A stretch of 11,327 nucleotides of DNA, from NCBI GenBank assembly GCA_004524535.1, contig SDNY01000112.1:1-11327 (forward strand). Direction: 5' to 3'. Below, one piece after another: positions 1-7,346 of the stretch. The first letter of the stretch is position 1; each line of letters begins with the position of its first letter. Made by a program: the position numbers and the translations under genes. Below the pieces are notes generated by a model. That model ran no database searches. It was not told the origin of the DNA and saw only the letters and a program-made list of their open reading frames with translations. Source of the stretch: Promethearchaeota archaeon (GTDB lineage Archaea > Asgardarchaeota > Lokiarchaeia > Sigyniarchaeales > SOKP01).

Positions 1-87
1 AGATAAAGCGGTAATTATTGCGCCTTTGATCTCATCATCTTCTCTTATTAATTTTGGTAAGAGCTTTAAAAATTCTTCTTTTTCCAT
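1..87 (-). CDS. 5' end of a hypothetical protein running off the left edge (MEKEEFLKLLPKLIREDDEIKGAIITALS...); resembles the N-terminus of archaeal DUF3782-like coiled-coil proteins
   Basis: Translated by hand; not in the ORF track. ATG at 87-85, 29 open codons to the window edge, and a GGAG SD-like motif at 100-97 on the minus strand. The family resemblance is recalled and tentative. Confidence 0.7.
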   Translation of the reverse strand, partial: MEKEEFLKLLPKLIREDDEIKGAIITALS

Positions 88-234
88 TTGAAATTACTCC
101 AGTTTCTATAATATTAATGAGTTCTTACATTTTTAAAAATAACTATTTTACAATTGAATTAGCTTTAAAATTTTTCTATTTCTATATTTTAGGAAGTTTA
201 CTAAAAATTATCATCATCTTTATCTAATTACAAA

Positions 235-836
235 ATGAATTATTAACTTAGAAATTGCAATTCCACTGTTAGAGCTAATTTTACGATTGGTCGAACGATG
301 GATAGCAACGTATATTTTGAAGGCTCTATTGATGATGTGCGAGTCTATAATACACACCTTAATGATAACAATATTGAATGGATTTACAACAACGGCTCCG
401 CACAATCGTTAAAACCCATTAGTTCAGGGGCGCAACTCACTACAGGCAACGGTTCGGATACTTAAGACGAATTTCAGCTCGAAATCCCTTATATAGGAGA
501 AGTTTTCGACGCTAATTTAACGCTGAAAATTGAATCAGAAGAAACCCCATGGGGTAATAGCTCAGCGATTGGGACGATCGAAGTCGAACTAATCAAGGAC
601 GAGCTTAATTGCTCAGTAGAGGACGCCACTTTAATTGATACATCGCCCATGAAAAGACGATATATTATTGCGTTGCAATTGCGTCGTTTGGTGCGATTTT
701 GGATGTTGTCATAAGTTTAGCGTATATAGTAAATAGTGGCGGAAAAAATCATAGAAAAGTAATTTCTCAGTTGATGGGAGGCGTTATTTTAGGAATGTTG
801 GCAGGATGGACAATGTGTCTTCCTTTTTTTTTATAA
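235..836 (+). pseudogene. Degraded remnant of a LamG-like jellyroll (concanavalin A-like) domain surface/membrane protein
   Basis: Frame +1 from 280 reads FTIGRTMDSNVYFEGSIDDVRVYNTHLNDNNIEWIYN, matching the LamG-like C-terminal motif F-x-G-x-IDDVRIYN-x-L. In-frame TAA stops at 244-246 and 463-465; after the second the frame stays protein-like (DEFQLEIPYIGEVFDANLTLKIESEETPWG...). An apparent shift to frame +3 near 640-665 gives two hydrophobic segments (YYCVAIASFGAILDVVISLAYIV, LMGGVILGMLAGWTMCLPFFL) ending at TAA 834-836. Confidence 0.7.
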
Positions 837-933
837 TTTATTCAAATTCTGAAGTGATAATTCAGGTTAAAACTATTTGGAATGTATTTAATCTGATTTC
901 AATTTATATAAATTCTACATTGGAATTATTTCA

Positions 934-1752
934 TTAATAGAATTTTTTGTATAATAATATTGTAACAACAGTAGCGACACCAATTGAAAAAAGAACATCA
1001 GAAGCATAATGGTCTCCTACGATAACCCTTGAGAACGCAACAAAAAAAGCATAACTTAAAATAATAAAAATTGTTGACAGTTTAAGCATGATATTCCAGT
1101 TATTATCCTTGATTTCAATAATTAAAGGTAATGAGACAAAAGCTAAAGCAGTATGCCCCGAAGGAAATGAATTATTATCCTGTAACCAACTAATTGGCCC
1201 TGGTGGTAAAAACCAAGGTGTATAATTTGAATAATCTGACGATAAATCATTATATCGCACTCTCCCACATAATACTTTACCAATTTGGACAAAAATTAAT
1301 GGATTTATAATAGAAAGTAAAATTATTACAATAGCTATCTTTTTGAATTCTCTCCAATCTCTATTATGGGTAAATATTAAGAATAATAAAACTCCAAGAG
1401 TAATTCCCCCTCCAAAAGCCATAAACCAAATACTACCAAAAATTATCGCCAAAATTAATATAACAGCTCCAATCATTAAGAAAACATAAGCCGCAATTTT
1501 CTGCTTTTTTAATTCATCCTGATAACTACCAATTAATATTGAGACTGCTACTGCTATAATACCATAGCCTGGCGCCTCTCCATAGTCTTTTCCGATATTA
1601 GCCCATAAAGATTCTCTATTTACTAAAGCCTTCGATATTTCTAAATCAGTAAATCCAAATATTATTGCTAAAATAATCCAAATGATTATAACAACAATTA
1701 ATAATTTTGTAATGTTTGAATCCCAATCAATTTTCAATTTCATAAGTTTCAT
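934..1752 (-). CDS. PAP2-family (type 2 phosphatidic acid phosphatase superfamily) integral membrane phosphatase
   Basis: All three PAP2 motifs are present: C1 KVLCGRVRY (K-x6-R, with the usual RP as RY), C2 SFPSGH and C3 SRVIVGDHYASD. Multiple TM helices. Alternative start at 1743. Confidence 0.92.
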   Translation of the reverse strand: MKLMKLKIDWDSNITKLLIVVIIIWIILAIIFGFTDLEISKALVNRESLWANIGKDYGEAPGYGIIAVAVSILIGSYQDELKKQKIAAYVFLMIGAVILILAIIFGSIWFMAFGGGITLGVLLFLIFTHNRDWREFKKIAIVIILLSIINPLIFVQIGKVLCGRVRYNDLSSDYSNYTPWFLPPGPISWLQDNNSFPSGHTALAFVSLPLIIEIKDNNWNIMLKLSTIFIILSYAFFVAFSRVIVGDHYASDVLFSIGVATVVTILLYKKFY

Positions 1753-1898
1753 CCGTTCTCAATTTTTAAACTAAATTGCATAGAATTGACATTAATAAAT
1801 AAGCGATTTTTTTATTTATCAAATATATAAAGAAAATAGTTTTTATAACAATAAAAATTACCTATGTTACTTATTTCTTATTCAAAAAGCTGAATTGA

Positions 1899-2981
1899 AT
1901 GACGGAAAATAACGAGCAAGCAGAAAAAGGAAAGGAAAAGGTTGAGAAAAAACCATCTAAGGTAAAGAGCTATTTTAAAAACCTTTTTGACTTTTCTCAA
2001 TATGATGCAAAGACTATTATCTATATGATTGTATTTATGTTTCTAATTGTAATTTCATTGTATTTACTCTATTATATCTATTTTGTTGATGAAACCTTTT
2101 TGTTTATACTAGTGGTAGAATTGTTTGTAAATCCAATCATTTTATTGGGGATAATTGGAATTCTTTTATTTCTTTTAATTATGGCAATACAGGGTTTACT
2201 TGTTCCTATCCCCTCAGAGATTGTTTTGCTGGCCGTTGGAATGATTTGGGGTTGGTTTTGGGGGGGGTTATTAGGAGTAGCTGGTTCTATGTTAGCAGGA
2301 TTATTATGTTTTTATGTTAGTAAAAAAGGGGGTAGACCATTGGCAGAAAAATTCATTGGAATAAGCGCTCTCGAGATGGCAGATGATTTAATAGAAAAGC
2401 ATGGTATGGTAGCAATAATTCTTGCAAGGAGCGTGCCATTTGTTAGTTTTGATGCTATTTCATACACAGCTGGGTTAGTTGATATGGATATTAAGAAATA
2501 TTCTATTGGGACTTTTATTGGAACAATTCCAAGAGCTTTTTTTTACTCATATTTAGGTTCTATTTTAATTAAACATGAACCAGGACAAACAATTGATTTA
2601 GAAGATATTCCACTTAAACAAATAGAAGCCTTATCTCAAACTTTTAATATGATATTATTGGTGATTTTAGTAGTTTTAGTGATTGTGTTTGGTCTATATT
2701 ATATAACAGGAAAAATGTGGGAAAAAAAGAGATTAAGTGGTAAATATCTAGCAAAAATAAAACAAAAAATGAATGAAAATCCTAAGATAAATGTTAAATT
2801 TATTAGAAAAGCCATTCTTATGGATGAGGAATTATTTAACAAAAAGATAATCGAATGGTCTGAGAAGTTTAATTTTGAAATCGATGAAGGGGTATTAATT
2901 ATAAATAAACAAACGCTTCCTGATTTTTACAAGGTTTTAGATGAGCAATTTGCAGAGATGAATAAATTAAGAGAACTATAA
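1899..2981 (+). CDS. DedA superfamily, TVP38/TMEM64 (VTT / SNARE-associated) membrane protein with an extra ~80-aa soluble C-terminal domain
   Basis: VTT motifs QGLLVPIPSEIVLLAVGMIWG, GSMLAGLLCFYVSKKGGR, ARSVPFVSFDAISYTAG and GTFIGTIPRAFFYSYLG; hydrophilic tail after about aa 275. Confidence 0.92.
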   Translation: MTENNEQAEKGKEKVEKKPSKVKSYFKNLFDFSQYDAKTIIYMIVFMFLIVISLYLLYYIYFVDETFLFILVVELFVNPIILLGIIGILLFLLIMAIQGLLVPIPSEIVLLAVGMIWGWFWGGLLGVAGSMLAGLLCFYVSKKGGRPLAEKFIGISALEMADDLIEKHGMVAIILARSVPFVSFDAISYTAGLVDMDIKKYSIGTFIGTIPRAFFYSYLGSILIKHEPGQTIDLEDIPLKQIEALSQTFNMILLVILVVLVIVFGLYYITGKMWEKKRLSGKYLAKIKQKMNENPKINVKFIRKAILMDEELFNKKIIEWSEKFNFEIDEGVLIINKQTLPDFYKVLDEQFAEMNKLREL

Positions 2982-3103
2982 CTACAACTACAAATCTGAA
3001 TTTGAAATAAAGGGTAAATAGATTCATTGCATAAAATATATATTTAAATTACCTATAATAATTAAAGAGAAATTGTTTCAATTCTAATATATCTTAAATT
3101 AAA

Positions 3104-4195
3104 ATGCAATCCATAATTATTGTTCATTGGAGTAAAAGTACTGGTCCAGAACCAATAATACATTATCCCCCCGAAAGTAAAAAATTCCCCTCAAAAGAGT
3201 TATTTCTTAAATTATGGGCTTTACATGAATTAGATAAAGAATCCAGTATAATTGAATTTATCCCTGAAGGAGAACACGAACAATATATTTCTATTATTCA
3301 AGAATTTGAAGGAGAAATTTACTTTTTGGTTCTAGTTTACAATCAAGAATCCATACTTGGAAAAAACATTAAGGATAATTCAGATATATTAGCAATCGTC
3401 AGTAAAAATCTAATTGAATTAGTAAATACAGATAAAATTACCCGAGCGATCTCAGAAGCATTTTATACAATTAGAGATTATTCCAAGCTTGAAAAAGAAG
3501 AGAATTTATTGAACTTTTTTAAAAATAAAATCAAATATACAATTTTACAAATCTTGAGAAATGGTATTATTTCAAAAAATGAATTAAACAATATTTTAAG
3601 AAAGGAATATGGATTTTCAACAATTAACATTGATTTACTCTTAATATCATTTATTCGGGAAAATCTAATTGTAAAACAAAGCATTCCAGGAAGTGATGAT
3701 TGTTATCTTTTAATAAAGGATCTTGCTTGTACGAGAATACCTCCTGTAGATTTTTCCTCTAAACCTCAAATTGAAGATGAAATCACAGAAGATTATCAGA
3801 AAAAATTGATTAATTTTTATTCTAATTACAATTGTGCTTCTGCAATAGAAAATAAAACTATAATTAATTTTTTAATGAATAAAGATAATTATCGTTTGCT
3901 AAGAAAATTAAGAGAAAAAAGCTTATCGGTTAGTGATTGCATAGATCTTTTAAATAATAAAGAAGATCTATTTAACGAACTCTTAGAAAATAAATTTATT
4001 TATGAAGCAAAAGGAAAAGTTCTTCTTTTTTCAGATATTCGTTTTATAAAGTTTACACCCTTTTATATTATCGAAAACCTTTCAAAGCGATATAAAAATA
4101 GGCAGATATCTTTTAATGAATATATAACCCATTTGAAACTCTTAACTGAACAATATAACAAGGAACAATCCTTAATTGATTACGAAATAATATGA
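3104..4195 (+). CDS. Hypothetical soluble protein: putative N-terminal longin/uDENN-like domain followed by winged-helix-like repeats
   Basis: 363-aa ORF with typical AT-rich codon usage. The N-terminus IIIVHWSKSTGPEPIIHYPP matches the beta-hairpin pattern 'hydrophobic-[F/W]-x4-GP-x5-YP' of uDENN/NPRL-type longins. There are two helix-helix-helix-beta-hairpin-like segments. The CDS is secure; the domain call is inference. Confidence 0.6.
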   Translation: MQSIIIVHWSKSTGPEPIIHYPPESKKFPSKELFLKLWALHELDKESSIIEFIPEGEHEQYISIIQEFEGEIYFLVLVYNQESILGKNIKDNSDILAIVSKNLIELVNTDKITRAISEAFYTIRDYSKLEKEENLLNFFKNKIKYTILQILRNGIISKNELNNILRKEYGFSTINIDLLLISFIRENLIVKQSIPGSDDCYLLIKDLACTRIPPVDFSSKPQIEDEITEDYQKKLINFYSNYNCASAIENKTIINFLMNKDNYRLLRKLREKSLSVSDCIDLLNNKEDLFNELLENKFIYEAKGKVLLFSDIRFIKFTPFYIIENLSKRYKNRQISFNEYITHLKLLTEQYNKEQSLIDYEII

Positions 4196-4208
4196 ATAAA
4201 AAGTATTT

Positions 4209-5087
4209 TTAACGAGTAAGAAGGAACTCTATAAATTTTTTAATCTTTTTGACATTATTAAATGTTTTTGGTGCTTTTTCCTCTAGATAGTCTCCAAATT
4301 TTTCCCAATTCTCTTTTTTATCTGTCGGAGCTTTGGATATTATCTTTTTAACTGCATTAATATCGCTTGACATAATTAATTGGTCATTTACTCTGTTAGC
4401 ATCGTCAGTTAGAAGGAATATATAATAATCGTTCAACTCCCAAGGATTCATAATATTATCAGGTTTATTCCCGTCTCCAGCTTTTCTCCCACGTAAGAGT
4501 TTTGTATCGACCATTGTAGGCAAAATTTGGTTAAATGTAATATTTTCTCTTTTATATTCCGTTGCAAGGGTTCTCTGTAATCCCACAGTAGCATATTTAC
4601 TTGCTGTATATGCAGCAAATTTCGGCATTGACTGCGGATAAGCTTCACTTCCAGTTATTATGAATCTTGCCTTATCTTTTTTATTATTTTTGTTTAGATA
4701 ATGATAAGCCGCTTTAAAAGTATTAAACACACCAAGTATATTTACTTTAAGTATGTTATCGAATGTATCAGGGTCAAAATCATGCGTATCTCCCATTCTA
4801 GATGCTCCGGCATTTGCGATAACTCCATTTAATAAACCAAGTCCGTCATGAAAATGTTTGAATGCTAATTCTACTTCATCATAATTAGTAATATCTGCTG
4901 TTTTTATTATGACCTTAATTCCAGTCCCTAAATTTTCGATCTCCTTTTTAGTAGTATTTAATTCATCAAGGGTTCTTGAAGTTAAACCAACATTTGCTCC
5001 TTCTTTTGCGCATGCTATGGCAACTGCTTTTCCTATTCCCCTCCCAGAACCAGTAATAACAATAGATTTTCCATCTAAAAATCCCAT
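4209..5087 (-). CDS. Short-chain dehydrogenase/reductase (classical SDR), likely NADP(H)-preferring
   Basis: TGSGRGIG Rossmann motif, NAG, catalytic Ser region (ITGSEA), YTASK (YxxxK), PTMVDT; Arg in TSRT after beta-2. Confidence 0.95.
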   Translation of the reverse strand: MGFLDGKSIVITGSGRGIGKAVAIACAKEGANVGLTSRTLDELNTTKKEIENLGTGIKVIIKTADITNYDEVELAFKHFHDGLGLLNGVIANAGASRMGDTHDFDPDTFDNILKVNILGVFNTFKAAYHYLNKNNKKDKARFIITGSEAYPQSMPKFAAYTASKYATVGLQRTLATEYKRENITFNQILPTMVDTKLLRGRKAGDGNKPDNIMNPWELNDYYIFLLTDDANRVNDQLIMSSDINAVKKIISKAPTDKKENWEKFGDYLEEKAPKTFNNVKKIKKFIEFLLTR

Positions 5088-5270
5088 ATTGATTTTTCAC
5101 TCTAAATTTATATTTTTTATTCATATCTTTTTAATTAATATTAATGAAAATTGCGCTAAATTTTATTTTTTCTAACTAAATAGCAAATATATATTATATT
5201 TGAAAACTAATAATTTTTTTACAATGAATTATGATTTTCATATAGGAAGAGAATAAAATTTTGTATAAAT

Positions 5271-5816
5271 ATGGAAGATAAAGCAGAATCTGATGAAGAG
5301 TGGAATTACCAATTCTTAGAAGAGTTGGTAGAGGATGTGGAAGAAAATCAGAATATAAGACAGTGTATTGAATGTGGTAAATGCATTGGCGAGTGCCCTG
5401 CCTCAAAAATATCAGATTTTAATATAAGAAAAATTATCCAGAAAATCCTTCGAGGCGATAAGAGTGTTTTAAAAGATTCTGATATATGGTATTGTTTTTT
5501 ATGCGAAAGATGTAAAAGAGTCTGCCCAAAAAAAGGAGTAAATATTCCATTACTCATTCTTAATTTGAGAAACGAATCGTTTAAAAAAGGATATGGGCCT
5601 CAATATAATGATCTAACCAAATATGTTGAGATGGCAGAGAATTTTCTTACAAACGGAACTGTTTTGGAAGACCCGTTAGATGGTTCATTATCCAAAGAAA
5701 GAATAGATGAATTAAATGAGATATGCAATTTTGCAAGGATAAAATATGTTTTTAAGGCAAGTGAAGCCAGTAAGGCATATAAAAAAAAAATACATAAAAA
5801 AAGAGTTAAAAAATAA
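5271..5816 (+). CDS. hdrC: Heterodisulfide reductase subunit C-like 2x[4Fe-4S] protein
   Basis: CIECGKCIGECP and IWYCFLCERCKRVCP motifs with HdrC-like spacing and the F-N-x-R-K-I-I linker; directly upstream of an hdrB-like gene. Confidence 0.88.
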   Translation: MEDKAESDEEWNYQFLEELVEDVEENQNIRQCIECGKCIGECPASKISDFNIRKIIQKILRGDKSVLKDSDIWYCFLCERCKRVCPKKGVNIPLLILNLRNESFKKGYGPQYNDLTKYVEMAENFLTNGTVLEDPLDGSLSKERIDELNEICNFARIKYVFKASEASKAYKKKIHKKRVKK

Positions 5817-5837
5817 GAGATATAAAGATTTTTTAAA

Positions 5838-6845
5838 ATGGAAATTAATAATTTGGCCATAAATTTAGAGGAAATTGAAAAGAGGTATGAAAATCCTTTA
5901 GATTTTTTTAGAGGAAAAAAGCTTTGCTTGTTTAAGGCTTGTTTAGAAAAATATTTTCCGGGCGTACGATTTGGAATTCACGATTTCTTAGAAGAATTAG
6001 GATTGGAAGTCACCATCTGTCAAAATCAATCGTGTTGTTCAGGGACTTTTTTTCAAAGAAATTTGATCACAAGAGCCCAATTTGCAGCCATTAACGAGAG
6101 AAATATTAATGAAATTAATCATCAAGCTGATATTCTTTTAGTAAGTTGTAATGGGTGTTATAATTCTCTCCTTAGAGGAAGAGACTTTCTAAAAGATGAT
6201 ATCGTGAGAAAAAAAACGCAAGATATTTTAAATGAAGTAAAGGAAAAAATGGGCAGTGAAAAATATCATGGACAATACGATATTTTAGAAAATCCAAAAT
6301 TAAGAATAATCCATGATTTAGATTTCTTTTATTTAATTAGGGAAGAGCTTGTTAATACTCTCAAGTTTAGTTTAAAAGGAATTAAAATAGCTGTCCATTA
6401 TGGGTGTCATTATCTAAATTTGGACAGAGATAAAGACACAAACACTTATTTAAAAGATAAAACTAAATTAGAGGAACTCATCCGACTTTTTGGAGGTGTT
6501 CCTATCGATTACCAGGAAAGAGAATCATGCTGCGGATGGGGCGCCAGCCAAATAGTGATCCATCCTGATGATGCTTTAAAGGTAACTTATAAAAAATTGA
6601 AAAGCGCCGAGAATGTAAATGCATGTTTTATTTTAATGCCATGTCCCACATGTTTATATACATTAAGCAAGCCCGAATTTCGGGAAAGAATACATAAAAT
6701 ATTTAACGATGAATTAGAAATACCAACCATTCATTTAAACGAACTAATCGCAATTTTAAGGGGTTGCGAGGAAGAACAATGTATAACTCTTAGAAGAAAA
6801 TCACCTCGTTTTGATCAAATATATGCTCATATCACTGAAGAATAA
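5838..6845 (+). CDS. hdrB: Heterodisulfide reductase subunit B-like protein (two CCG cysteine-rich domains)
   Basis: Domain 1: LFKAC...SCCSG...SCNGCYNSL. Domain 2: AVHYGCH...SCCGWG...PCPTC, then IPTIHLNELIA. Starts 21 bp after hdrC. Confidence 0.9.
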   Translation: MEINNLAINLEEIEKRYENPLDFFRGKKLCLFKACLEKYFPGVRFGIHDFLEELGLEVTICQNQSCCSGTFFQRNLITRAQFAAINERNINEINHQADILLVSCNGCYNSLLRGRDFLKDDIVRKKTQDILNEVKEKMGSEKYHGQYDILENPKLRIIHDLDFFYLIREELVNTLKFSLKGIKIAVHYGCHYLNLDRDKDTNTYLKDKTKLEELIRLFGGVPIDYQERESCCGWGASQIVIHPDDALKVTYKKLKSAENVNACFILMPCPTCLYTLSKPEFRERIHKIFNDELEIPTIHLNELIAILRGCEEEQCITLRRKSPRFDQIYAHITEE

Positions 6846-6846
6846 A

Positions 6847-6875
6847 TTTTTTACTTTACTTTTTTTTATATTTTT
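6847..6875 (+). terminator. T-rich tract after hdrB, putative archaeal intrinsic terminator
   Basis: TTTTTTACTTTACTTTTTTTTATATTTTT begins 1 nt after the hdrB stop, in a convergent intergenic region. Confidence 0.5.
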
Positions 6876-6947
6876 CAAATCTTCTAATAAAAATTACTAA
6901 TGCTATTCAAATTTCATTTAGAATTTTAATAAAAAAATAGATATTTT

Positions 6948-7343
6948 TTACTCTTCTTTAATAGCAGAGCGAGGACAACTGTCCACACACAGCAAACAAG
7001 CCATGCATCTTTCTTCAGTGTATTCTAATCGATTCTCACTATTCATATATAGAGCATCAGTCGGGCACAACGCTACACATGCCCCACAGTCTATACAATT
7101 TTCGAAATCTATTTTGACCCTTCCTTTTTTATTTATAATTGCATTGTTTTCTTCAAGAGCCTCAGTAATTATTTCTATTTTATCATCTGGTACGTCTAAT
7201 AACAGGGTTACACCACTTGAAATGATGGAAAACTTCAGGACATTAAAGCTTATATCGTGTTTTAAAATATCATTTATAATTTTGGAGTAATCATTTATAT
7301 CTTTTATTAGTTCCAGTGGCAGAGTAACATTTATTACAGTCAT
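6948..7343 (-). CDS. NIL domain + 2x[4Fe-4S] ferredoxin; iron-sulfur partner of L-aspartate semialdehyde sulfurtransferase (MA1822/MJ0099-like)
   Basis: N-terminal ACT-like NIL domain (ISFNVLK), CIDCGACVALCP and CMACLLCVDSCP. Starts 3 bp after the DUF39-CBS stop, with GGAGGAG embedded in the last codons of the upstream gene. Confidence 0.88.
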   Translation of the reverse strand: MTVINVTLPLELIKDINDYSKIINDILKHDISFNVLKFSIISSGVTLLLDVPDDKIEIITEALEENNAIINKKGRVKIDFENCIDCGACVALCPTDALYMNSENRLEYTEERCMACLLCVDSCPRSAIKEE

Positions 7344-7346
7344 TTT

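Noticed and set aside
220-405. 61-aa minus-strand ORF from the track
   Set aside because: Antisense shadow of the plus-strand LamG-like remnant, which carries the recognisable motif.
2975-2992. Short tandem repeat AACTAT-AACTAC-AACTAC at the DedA stop
   Set aside because: Only three imperfect 6-mers; expected by chance and has no spacers, so not CRISPR-like.
3478-3684. 68-aa minus-strand ORF
   Set aside because: Lies wholly antisense within the 363-aa gene; no motifs.
4448-5175. ORFs 4448-4648 (-) and 4909-5175 (+)
   Set aside because: Alternative-frame and antisense overlaps of the well-supported SDR gene.
5194-5860. Three minus-strand ORFs (5194-5406, 5348-5557, 5600-5860)
   Set aside because: Antisense shadows of hdrC.
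6931-6949. AAAAAAT-AGAT-ATTTTTT inverted repeat after the ferredoxin gene
   Set aside because: A/T-only stem, unstable and common at this composition; at most part of a T-tract terminator.
7003-7290. 95-aa plus-strand ORF
   Set aside because: Antisense to the NIL-ferredoxin gene.
5271-7343. Selenocysteine or stop-codon recoding in the Hdr and ferredoxin genes
   Set aside because: All Cys motifs are complete, with no in-frame TGA; these genes end in TAA and I saw no convincing SECIS-like hairpin. The stops in the 235-836 remnant are TAA, which fits decay rather than recoding.
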